DNA of 64,000 nucleotides from Octopus vulgaris. Taxonomy: Eukaryota. The stretch lies in the NCBI GenBank assembly GCA_951406725.2, contig OX597815.1, forward strand, positions 39,060,001 through 39,124,000, written 5' to 3'. The position numbers were made by a program, and so were the translations under genes. The first letter of the stretch is position 1. Each line of letters begins with the position of its first letter. Positions 52,844 to 64,000 of this stretch are shown here, one piece after another. Below the pieces are notes generated by a model. That model did not search any database and was not told the origin of the DNA. It was given only the letters and a program-made list of their open reading frames with translations.

Positions 52844-54865
52844 TACATATATATATGTATGTGTGATTGCATGCATGTATACATACATAATACATGCATA
52901 CATACAGTGCCCCAGGGCTCCAACTGTTTTCTTTACCCTGCTCACAGTGACAAAACTGTTCCAGCAGAACTGTGTGCGTGTGCGTGCACACACTACTAGG
53001 CCTTATAACCAATTCCCTACCTCTTTAAGATAAACCCCCTCACCACTAATCATCACCTTTCTAATTGCAGTTCTTCCTTGATATCACTTTTTTCTTTCTA
53101 AAACCTCCTCACTAGTTATCCATTAATACTGATCTATATCCATATTTTCATTGATCACCCTCCTCCACTGTACCACCAAATTATCCTTCCTTTACAACCA
53201 TACATCTTACCCTCATCACACACTACACTCCCCAACCCCCCAGCAATCTACTTACAAGCATGACATCTGTCCCCCTGTTTATTGTATTTCTATTTTTGCT
53301 GCCCCACCACCTGCACTATCAGACTTCCATATTGCATCCACACACTCCTGTTACCTCCTGTCCCATTCAATCTTACCTCATTCACTGAAGGTCCATGAAC
53401 ACCCCCATCACTTTTCAAATCCACACCCACCCAATCTTCTAAAGAGAAACCCCATTCTGCTCCAGCTCCTTTCATACTCTTCTCTCTACTTATTATTGGC
53501 TTTTTTTGATAAATTTGTAATTTTTAAGTTTAACATAGTTTAATTCTTCAAATTTTAACCAATGAATTGCCAGCATTTGAACTCAAATCATTTGCTACAT
53601 TATCGATATTGATAAACAAACATTGAGTTCCTTCTCTCTCTCTCCAATCAGGATTTGTAGTCTTGTAACCTCCATGGCAACTGTACAAGCCTTGATGGCA
53701 TGGAAAAAAAGCACCAAGTACATGTTGTAAAGTGGCTGGTATTAGGAAGAGTAGAAATCTTGTCAAACAAACACTGGTGCACAATGCAGTCATTGGGGCC
53801 ATAAGATCTTGTTCATGAAACATATATGTTAAATTATGATGGTATATAGTGATGACGCTGATCTCAAACCTTCAACTTTATGGAGGAAATGACAAGCAAC
53901 TGCAATGGCTGGTGATATGTGGGTTCTCAAGATGACCACCCTACTCAGTAAAACTGAGTTCTGTAAGGTGTGTGTGCATGCACAATTGGGCATTTTGCTC
54001 AGTTTCCTCATCAAGACACCCACCACCGCCCTTCATCTAACAACAGCTTTTCCTTGATAATACTAATTTTTCTAATTACCCGGAACCATTTCACTTGATA
54101 TATACCCCTCACCTGTAATAGTACCCTCTAAGCCCACACTTGGCACTGACCTTGCACTTCCATTCTTGAGCTACATCACCATCTCACCTTCACCACCACA
54201 TCTACCTCCCTCTTCTTCTTCCACATGCTTGCAACCTACTCAACCACTTATTTCCCTCAATCATTTGCTCACGCTCTCCCTCTCTCCTGTTCCTTCCCTG
54301 TTTACTGTATCATAGTTATTCAGCTACTCTACACCCCCAAGCATCATTGGTCATCCCCACCTTATCCACCATTCATTATATCCATCCACTCCTTATCTCT
54401 ATCCAATCTCAATGGTTGTCACCTATACTTCTCTACTTCCCCTACTTCTTCCTTCATTATATTTACTGCCTCACCCATCTCTCAGGCTTCATAGTTTTTG
54501 CAATAGTGCTGATGCCATGAAAATGTACACAGTACAGGCAGTGAAATGCTTGGTGTTAGAGAAAGGGCATCCAACCATAGAAATCATGCCACAAAGGAGT
54601 ATGAAGCAGTCCGTCGATACACTGGATCCTGTCCAGCTAGCCAATCCATGCCAGCATGGAATATGGACATTAAATGATGATACAAACCCAACATACTAAT
54701 AGCACTAGCCACACAGACACCTTTGGCAGCAACATCATTCCACCACCACCATCATCATCATACATCAATCACATTCACATAGTGTCACTTTTCTTATCTC
54801 CAAGAAAGATTTACATGAAAACTTTTGATAATATTATCTGGAGCTTTTTCATTAATAAAAGGATA

Positions 54866-55086
54866 AAAGTGGTGAGCTGGCAGAATCGTTAGCACACCAG
54901 GCAAAATGCTTAGAGCTATTTCATCCATCTTTACGTTCTGCGTTCAAATTCCGCCAAGGTCAACATTACCTTTCATCTTTTTTTTTGGGGGGGGGCGATG
55001 AAACGAGTACCAGTTATGCACTGGGGCCAATGTAACCAACTAATCTCCTCCCCACAAATTTCAGGCCTTGTGCCTATAGTAGAAAG
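54866..55086 (+). mobile_element. SINE family B, full-length, with 16-bp target-site duplication
   Basis: cattaataaaaggata at 54850-54865 and 55087-55102; head ggtgagctggcagaatcg, B-box-like gttcaaattcc. Confidence 0.88.
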
Positions 55087-56404
55087 CATTAATAAAAGGA
55101 TAGTTCTTAATTGATCTTAGATAAAGAGTTTGGTAATGACTAATTTTGATAATTGCTTGATAACATAATGAATATACACTACTTCCTCTGTAGAAAAGGC
55201 TATTTTCTACAAAAACTTAGTTCTAATCAAAAGCTATTTGGGAAGGAAGAATTCTAAATTTTTTTGTTAACTGAAAAGGTTCAATTTAGAGTTCAAAAAC
55301 AAAGTTGCTATTAATATTATTACAGTTATCATTAAATTAAAGATTTATGATTAATCAAAGGAATCACTGAAGAATAATCAGTGAAGTTTATGTATTCTGA
55401 GTCACAATGAGGACAGGTGGGGTGGGGGAGGGTAAATATGAGACAACATTTAATAAGACTGAAAGACTGACACTGAAAAATTTTACCAACATATATTCTA
55501 CATTGATAAAAGAAAAATCATTATACATAAAAATATCTAATTTACTAAACTGACAAACTACAGAGATAATTTTCAGTGAAATTATTCTAATATGGTGTTT
55601 AACAAATGCAGGCAGATACGTATGGTAAATCGTGACTAAATGAATTGTACAGTAGATTTCAAATACATTCACACACACACACACACAAGTGTGTTACTGT
55701 GTATGTGTCTACACACACAAACACACATACATTCAGCAAGTGTCTTCTATTGTTCCTGGTTGAGCAATGAATGCTTCATGAGTGAAATTTGATAAACTGC
55801 ACAGAAGGTGAGAAATAAGTAGAATCATTTCATGTCAAAGGAATTTTCGTAACTAAATTACACAATGTGAATGGATTTAATTAGAGAGTTAAATATTCTT
55901 TCGCATAGAATTACATTTTACCTTTTCTAGTGGAGAGGGAGCTTTGTTGGTATGTAGTTGTAGTGCATATGGCAGTAAACTATTGAACAGTGTGCCAAGC
56001 ACTCCATGTTAATGGAACATGAGGAAAAAAGAGACCAAAGAAGGCTTGAAATAAAGTGGTGAAGGCCACATTTCAAGTAGAGGCTTGACAAAGAATAGTA
56101 ATATTCTGCAGCACTGCACAAGACTTGTCCACCCATGACAAAACAAGGATCCTAAACAAGTACAAAATTCCCTCACCATATAGCGGTTCACCTATCGAGG
56201 TTTGTTATTTAAGCTTACGTCAATTCCTCCATGGTGTTGGTTTGCATTTATAATAAAATAAATATATATATAAATTATAAAAATAAAAATACACAAAATA
56301 GTACTGTTTCTACTTTGCAGATTTTCACCTATTGCAGAGGGGTTTGGAACATAACGCTTGTGATAGTCAAGGGATTACTGTATTGTGACTAGAAGACATG
56401 ATTT

Positions 56405-56655
56405 GGATCTTTTCCTTTTGATGGACGGAATTTCTAGTTAACTAAACAATTTGAAACTTCGTATACTGGTAGAATGTATCAAAAGAAAACATTATTTTCA
56501 CTTGGCTTTTTTGATAAATTTGTAATTTTTAAGTTTAACATAGTTTAATTCTTCGAATTTTAACCAATGAATTGCCAGCATTTGAGCTCAAATCATTTGC
56601 TACGTTATCGATATATAGTTAACTAGAAATTCCATCCATCAAAAGGAAAAGATCC
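56405..56655. mobile_element. MITE with ~40-bp TIRs and 8-bp TSD (Merlin-like termini)
   Basis: catgattt|ggatcttttccttttgatggacggaatttctagttaacta ... tagttaactagaaattccatccatcaaaaggaaaagatcc|catgattt; an internal fragment also lies at ~53497-53609. Confidence 0.88.
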
Positions 56656-56913
56656 CATGATTTTTTTATATTTATTTATATACACACACATACACCTTTT
56701 ATCTTTTCGTTTGTTTCAGTCATTAGACTGTGGTCATACTGGGGCACTGCCTTGAAGAATTTTAGTCTAACAAATCACCTCCAATAATAATTTTTTAAAC
56801 CTGGTACTTATTCTATTAGTTCTCTTTTATCAAACTTGCCAGGGGGATGTAAACACACCAACACTGGTTACAAGCAGTGGTAGGGTACAAACACAGATAC
56901 ATGTGTGTGTGTG

Positions 56914-56949
<36 letters not shown>

Positions 56950-57684
56950 CACACAGACACACACATGCCCACCAAATCTACTCACAAGGCTTTGATCAAC
57001 CTGAGGTAGCAAACACTTGCCCAAGTGTATACAGTAAGACTGAACCTGGAACCATGTGGTTGCTCCCTTTGCATTTTCACACTCCTGTCATCTACAAATT
57101 GTTATCCCCCTTCCTACCTTCTACCTCCTCATCACTCATAGCCCTCCATATCTTAACTATCATGACCACACCATCCATTTCACTCAACTGACTTCCTCAC
57201 CACTCCTTAGACCAAAAGGCAAGAAGCTACTTTAGACCAATACAACTTAGTTTCATATTGTACAACCAGCTACTCTGTCTCTCATCTCTGTGACCCTAAA
57301 TTTGCTCTTGCCTCTACCTTATCACTCACCTATAGCTTCATTTGCTCTTGCCTCTACCCTATCTTTCTTGATCACATTTCCATATCATACCACTGCTGCT
57401 TTCACCCTCATATCCCTTCCTAGGTCACAAGAGCAAATGTATCACGTCATAGGTTGAGTACTCTCTACATTTACATGCTTATGCTGCCATCCCTGGCCTT
57501 CCTACAGTTTTTGCTCCAGCTCCTATTCCCCACTTAAAAGTTCTATCCATTTTTTTTTCCGTATACAAGGCAACCTAATGTTCTTTGCTGGTTTTATGGC
57601 AGAATCTACAACAGTCAATCTACTGGTGAACTATATGTGAGGCTACCTCCCTGAAGCTAGTACTATGAAAATGCATCCAGTAAT

Positions 57685-58088
57685 ACTCTCTCTTTTACTC
57701 TTTTACTTGTTTCAGTCATTTGACTGCGGCCATGCTGGAGCACCGCCTTTAATTGAGCAACTCGACCCTGGGACTTATTCTTTTGTAAGCCCAGTACTTA
57801 TTCTATCGGTCTCTTTTGCCAAACTGCTAAGTAACAGGGACATAAACACACCCGCATCGGTTGTCAAGCAATGCTAGGGGGACAAACACAGACACACAAA
57901 CGCATATATATATATATATATATATACGACGGGCTTCTTTCAGTTTCCGTCTACCAAATCCACTCACAGGCATTGGTCAGCCCGGGGCTATAGCAGAAGA
58001 CACTTGCCCAAGATGCCACGCAGTGGGACTGAACCCAGAACCATGTGGTTGGTAAGCAAGCTACTTACCACACAGCCACTCCTGCGCC
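57685..58088 (-). mobile_element. tRNA-derived SINE family A, full-length young copy
   Basis: Head GGCGCAGGAGTGGCTGTGTGGTAAG...GGTTCAGTCCC; tail (AGTAAAAG)n; flanked by (cc)agtaat duplication. Older partial copies near 20000-20250, 49700-49845, 56700-57060 and 61590-61745. Confidence 0.9.
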
Positions 58089-58761
58089 AGTAATCAGTGT
58101 AAAGTTTTCACAAATGAGTCAAGAAAGTAAGAGCAGCAGCTACAAATACAAACTTATGTGAACTGTAACCTATCCAACACATACCAACATGAAAGTGGGC
58201 ATAAAACTGATAATAGTGGTGATGATGCAAGGAAGTCAAATAGCAATTTTTAAACGAAGTAATAAGCCATGACGTAAACCTTATTCTACTAAAATACCAT
58301 CTGACTATTACTTTCGTTACTCTCCAAAATACTATTCAGTGAATGTGTAGACGAGATGATTTTTACAAATATCTGGGGAGATTTTTGTTGTTTTGTTTTT
58401 TGTAACTGGTTCCAGTGTGGTCATGCTGAGGACTGCCTTCAATGGTCTTGGTTATTTGAACTAATAACTAGTCTGATATAAAATCGAACGGTTAAGTTCG
58501 AGTTACGTCCCTTTATAGAGTTACCTCCATTCTTATAACCTCACGTCATAACTAGCCAATCCCACCCCTTATCCATCTTACACTACAGCCACCTTTGAAG
58601 CCTATCAAGTCTCTACAGTTGTCACCTAAGTCTTCCCTATTTCCCTTAGTTAACCCATAACACTTGTTCTTCATTCATTATAGTCATCCCCTCACCCATT
58701 TTCCATCTTTCACTCTCCCAGATATTCTTGTGACTTCCATCTCTCCCTCTCTCATGCCTGA

Positions 58762-59005
58762 TGAAAGAGATAGAGAGGAGAATGAAAGAGAGAGAGAGAG
58801 AAGAATGAGAAAGAGAAGGATCAAAGAGTGAGAGAGAAGGATAAGAGAGAGAGAGAGGGATATGAGGGGGAGAGGAATGAGGGAGAAAGGGATGAGGGAG
58901 AGAGGAGAGGAAGAGGCGGAGAGAGAGGAAAAAGATTGGAAGAGAAAGAAAGAAAGGTTAAAAGAGAAAGGGAGAGTTGAGAGAGAAAGTGAGAAAAACA
59001 GATGA
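58762..59005. repeat. Polypurine (GA-rich) low-complexity tract
   Basis: About 240 bp almost entirely G/A on the + strand. Confidence 0.9.
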
Positions 59006-61238
59006 AAGACTAACGAGTAGAAGTGTCTTGAGAAAGAAATCAGATGAAGGGATCCCAAGACTTAGTTTCAGTGGACTGGATGGGCCTTCTCAAGAAATAT
59101 ATATCACCAATCATCCCAGTCTCTTATCATCTCTATGCAGTTCAAGGTCCTAAGATCTGCCCTCACCACTTTATCCCATGTTTTCCTGCGTTTCCATCCA
59201 CTTTTTCATACAGCTATCTTCATCCATACACAATCACATGACTGTACCAATGCAGTCTTCTTTCTTGAACAGTACATCAGGTTCATCTTATGCCCAGTTT
59301 TTCTTCATTCAACACGTTTGTATCATGTTATTCAAGTACACTTACACTGCACATCCAATGGAGCATGCTCACTTCATTTCTTCCCAGTTACAAGTAGCTC
59401 TACATTCAAATGCCAAGTCTCACAACCATGCAGTATTGCACTTCTAATACAAGCATCATATGATCTACCCTTCACTCTGAATAAAAGACTTTTGTTGCTA
59501 GCAGCAATGATACAACTTGTTCCTACCTTGGTAATTGTACTTTACAAGCAACTACCTCTCTAGTAAACCATCCAAGGCTGTTGGAGGATCTATTTCCAGT
59601 GTTCTCAGCTCCAGTGCATATAACACATACAAAGCTTACACATGCCTGTGAATCCAGTACACCTCATGTGTCCATAGCTAATACAGAGTATGGAGTTTAT
59701 ACCCACTACTTTTCTGAATATCAAGCAAAGCCATTTCTCTGAAGAAGGATCCTGTCTTCTTTCCGATTTAGGAAAATCTTCATTTTTGCTAAGTTTACCT
59801 TTATTCTAAGTTTAGTTTCCATGTCTGGAATTTCCTTTCAATTCACCCAATATATATCATTTAATATACTCAGTATTTAAATATTAGCTACTAATGCTTT
59901 CATGGCATGGAAACACAATAATTCAGCAGATTTTAACAATATGCCTTGTGTCTCCAAGCAATTTTTCAGGAGATATGACACACATTATATAAATCTGCCA
60001 AGTTATCATACTAAAGTAGATCATATTTAAATACTGTGTACATTAAATGATATTTATCTCACTGGATAGTTTCTTTTTGCTTTTTTTTTTTTGTTGATCC
60101 AACCTCTCAAGGTATTTTTTTCAGTTCCAGCTCAAAGCTGCAGCCATGCTGGGGCACAACCGTTTGTGCATTTTATATACATATATATGTGTGTGTGTGT
60201 AACTATTTATATATCTCACATGTGCACAATGGTTACCTTATGCTGGTAATATTTTGGCTACTTCCCTCCATAACAGTTTCTCTTGAAGTTACAAAACCAT
60301 CTAGTGTCTCCTGCAAATTTCAACCCCAGGGTAAGGTTTGGTAGGTAAATCATTTATAGCTCTTTTTCTAACCATTTAAAGAAAAAAAAAATCTGAATTA
60401 TCATCATCATCATTTAATATCCACGCTCCATGATGGCATGGGTTGGACAGTTTGATAGGAACAAAGAAGTATCTAAGTCAGAGGTGAGCGTAATACATAG
60501 AAAAAGGGCCAAGAACCGAAGGACTGACTTAACAGGTTTTTGCATTTTTGATTCTGGTCAGCCAAAATCAAGACATTCCAGGTATAACCATCCTATATTT
60601 TAGATTGTATATCAGTGATAGCATTTTCCAATGCATCATCTCTTTTTTTCTAAGATACTATGATGTGATTTGAGGAAAATCTAGCAGCTATATTTAGCAT
60701 TGAGCAAACACAGAAGTTCTCTTGGCTTATTGACATGTCAAAAAATCTGAGAAGTTCGTCCTAAGATGAAATCACATTTTAGCATATCAGCAAAGATGTG
60801 ACATAACACAAAAAAGATAAAAAACAAGTTTTGATCATAAAAGCTAAGAACAAATAAAGAACAAAATACCTGCAAACAAAGTATAGGAATAAACAAATTC
60901 AAAGAGGCGAACACTTTGAGATGGCTCAAGCAGATTATGCCAAACATTCCTTAAGATATTTTATAAAAATACAAAAGATAATGAAGCAGACCTGATAAAC
61001 CAAGGATTTAAACATGACTATTTTCATTTGGTTAATCACTGCAAAATGTAAAAATATCAGTATCTTATATTTTAACAATGAAAATTATCGCAAGATACAA
61101 AGATGTTTTCCAGAGTCCAGTTCAGAAAAAAAAAATGAAGAAACCCACTTAGTTGAAATATCCCATACATGCATACCAACAAATGTTAGATACTATTTTA
61201 CTACAATAATACTGAAGTGAGAAAACAACTTGACTTAC

Positions 61239-61295
61239 TGTGCTGTCATCACTTTCATTCTCTTCCTTTGATACAGAATTGGACTCCTCATCACT
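61239..61295 (-). CDS. PPP1R12A: Internal coding exon of MYPT (acidic linker, 57 nt, phase 0-0)
   Basis: SDEESNSVSKEENESDDST; acceptor ttctcctttttgcag, donor ACA|gtaagt; in frame with neighbouring exons. An acidic stretch also follows the RRSTGV motif in MYPT1. Confidence 0.85.
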
Positions 61296-62532
61296 CTGCA
61301 AAAAGGAGAAAAAAAGAAAACAATGAGAAGCTTGCAATTTACTGAATTAAAAACAGCATAGAAAAATTTCATCTTAGTATGTTCATCACAACCAACATTC
61401 ACTCTTCCATGCTTGCATGGATCAGATAAAATTTATGGAAACAGAGCTTCAACAAACAGATGCTCTTCGTGTCACCCTCACTGGTTCTGCAACAAAGGTA
61501 ATATTTCCCTGTGGTTGGATGTGTTCTCACAGAAGTTCATTTTACAACTATCATGCAATATTAAGACAAAAAGACAGGCAGACAGACATACAGTTAACTC
61601 CTTTCTGTTCCCATCAACCAAATCCACTCACAATGCTTTGGTCACCTGGGGCTATAGTAGAGGACACTTATCCAACGTGTCGCACAGTGGGACAGAACCT
61701 GGAACAATGTGGTTGGAAGGCAAACTACTTAACCACATAGCCATTGTATAAAAAAAGTTTACTAGATCAAGTATGGATTCAGAAATAATCACTACAAGTG
61801 CTTAGTAACTATCTAGCATTAGTGATGGTTACCAGTAGACTCAATTTATGCTGACATTCCATATTTGAAAAATAAATGATAGAGAAATATATGATGAAAT
61901 CTTTCATACCAGAAAAATTTATTTAGAAATCTCTAAAATAGAACTAATTTATGAATAGTTAAGATCATATCAAAGAAAATATTCTGAATAAATAAGGAGA
62001 ATCCTACACATGTAAATACTATCTCCTAACTGTATTTAAAAGATAAAAATGACTGGACATACAATAAAATTATGCACATACAATCATCAGAACTGATATC
62101 AAAACTTCCATGCTTCCTGAGATTCGCTGACACTACACCTGATTTTCTCCCCTCCATACACACGCAAGCATGTATCCGACTCATACACTGTTCGCTTTCC
62201 AGACATTTGTACATTACTACATATACTTTATATGCACTTTTGACAAGCTGTGGTGTACCTGAGCACTGTATACAATAATTTCATTATTTTAAAATTTTTA
62301 TTAGCAAAGGTAACTGTAAATGAAGCGGCTGCCAGCATTGTATATTATAATACTCAGAAGTAACTTAACAAAATCTTCTGTATATCAATGGATGTAAGTG
62401 AAGTTTCAAGCAAACAAACCAGTCACTTATACAAGGAGTGAACAACACCCACTCAATTATCTTTAGTTACAGAAAAATGGAAAACCCCAGGAACTGCTAA
62501 GTAATTTGACATGGTGCAGCATACATACATAC

Positions 62533-62636
62533 CTTTAGATTGTAATTAATAACTCCTGTTGATCTTCTTTCCCGCTTGGCTCGGCGGGCTTTCAAGGCGG
62601 ACGATTCTCTTCTCTCTGAATCTTTTTCTTTATCAG
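62533..62636 (-). CDS. PPP1R12A: Internal coding exon of myosin phosphatase targeting subunit (MYPT1/Mbs family), carrying the ROCK phosphorylation motif
   Basis: Hand translation (2 nt + 34 codons): DKEKDSERRESSALKARRAKRERRSTGVINYNLK. RRSTGV matches the vertebrate MYPT1 Ser852/Thr853 motif. Acceptor ttttattttattcctgaag (AG at 62637-62638), donor AAG|gtatgt, phase 0 out. Upstream exons (ankyrin repeats, RVxF) lie outside the window. Symbol denotes the family, not strict 1:1 orthology. Confidence 0.9.
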
Positions 62637-64000
62637 CTTCAGGAATAAAATAAAATACCTATGAATATCATAGAATCATATGGTATGTTCAGGTTAATTT
62701 AAAACCTAAAGCTACACTGTACTGCTTGAGATTTTCACATAAAGAGTACACCAAGTAATTCCATCTGGATTAGCCAAGAAAGTCCAAACAAAAATTTAAG
62801 ATGAGCAACCTGGACAATAGAGAACACAAAACTATATGGGCTTGATTACCACTGCAGCATTGTCCAGCACTATGGAAGATGAAAAATGAAATTTATGTTG
62901 ATGATACATCAATTTATAACGAAGTTATGTGTACACATGTCAGTATGTGACATGATGTATACATATGCACATATATAGAAACTATATATGGTGTTTATAG
63001 GCAACAGCATTCACAAAATTTTCAACACCCACAATGTCATTTAACATTATTCTCAAGTGAAGAACCATCCTATCCGATCAGACTTTGGTTATAAGGGAGA
63101 GAGAGTGTCCACTCAAAAACAATAAATGAGCAGTTTCATTAGGTCTAAATTCATTCTGATTTAAATTACATATTTTACAACTTTGAGCAAATAATATTCC
63201 ATAAACAGTTTGGTCAGTTCAGAAGTAAACACACTCATTATGGAATTCATAAGAAATCATCTACTTATTGTAGTTTAATCATATAATTTTTGTCAGAAGA
63301 CAAAATATAGTCAGGAAAAAAAAGATCTGGGATGATAAATACAAAGAGGGGAAACGAGGAAACAGTAGTAGTAGGGGGGCTCGTAAATGAAGAAGGTTTA
63401 GGTTGGGTGTAATTAAGTTGGCAAATTGAGGAAAGCAAAGAACACAGCACATCCATGAGCTACATATTCTTCCGTCTCTTCTTTTGCTACAACAAATGCT
63501 GTAGGGAGATAGGATGTTTACCTATTAGGAAGATGACTTCACTTAGGACACTTTATGTTGGTATGTGGAGATTAGTCATTTAGAAAAATACAATCACACA
63601 AATAGCAGAATTTGTTAATCCTTGGTAACAAGGTGTCTCTTTACTAAAAATCGTGAAATAAATCATGTAGAAAGTAAATAAATAAAAATACAAAAAGTGC
63701 AAAAGAAGAAACAAATGCAATCTTTGGCAAACCTTGTAATAATATCTGATAGAAGAAAAGAGAAGAAATACCATTCAATTCATGCAAGCATTTCTGTGAA
63801 ATAACAAATCATAACAAAAATAAGCTACTGCTATGGATAAATAACAGATCACCATACACAAAATAAAGTTAATATACAAATTACTATCAATAAAGAGTCA
63901 AGTTGGCAGTGTTACTAGTGTTGATAAAATGCCTGGTTTCATCTCTTCTGGTTTATTACATTAAGTTCAAATCCTACTCATCTACTTCGCCTTACAATCC

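Noticed and set aside
58020-58088. tRNA-like sequence with A/B boxes
   Set aside because: It is the head of a multicopy SINE with body, tail and TSD, not a tRNA gene.
58684-59058. 124-aa Leu/Ser/Phe-rich ORF resembling a membrane protein
   Set aside because: Artefact of the GA/TC low-complexity tract.
11415-61745. Apparent same-strand bias of family A SINEs (possible avoidance of intronic dsRNA)
   Set aside because: Older copies at ~18050 and ~55735 are in the opposite orientation and numbers are too small to test by eye.
63265-63500. Minus-strand acceptor-like site (ctccctacag) and 63-aa ORF as a possible extra MYPT exon
   Set aside because: No convincing donor giving a frame-preserving phase 1-1 exon, and no recognisable MYPT motif; cannot be excluded without RNA data.

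Overview
AT-rich, repeat-dense animal genomic DNA. The repeat families (tRNA-derived SINEs, long TA/CA tracts, TTAA-MITEs) look like those of an octopod cephalopod, which is an inference. The window holds the 3' half of one intron-rich minus-strand gene, recognisable as the myosin phosphatase targeting subunit (PPP1R12A/B, MYPT1/Mbs family). Six hand-spliced GT-AG exons (62533-62636, 61239-61295, 17613-17771, 16809-16955, 13916-13966, 4212-4298) join in frame. They encode the RERRSTGV ROCK-site motif, the DYKKLYE coiled coil, EKRALERKLSE and the terminal leucine zipper ending VISKLSR*. The introns contain mariner, piggyBac, Merlin-like, CR1, RTE, R4-like, Penelope-like and SINE insertions. The most interesting signal is a possible isoform-switching system around the MYPT C-terminus: (1) an internal ATG-bearing first exon (50580-50783) behind a MEF2/E-box/TATA cluster that would make a 215-aa M20/M21-like small subunit; (2) two tandem in-frame candidate terminal exons with hydrophobic tails (~36.9-37.2 kb); (3) a 52-nt stop-containing candidate cassette exon in the last intron that would remove the leucine zipper; (4) an in-frame tandem 3' splice site. 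None of these is confirmed without transcript data. Most ORFs in the supplied track are spurious.
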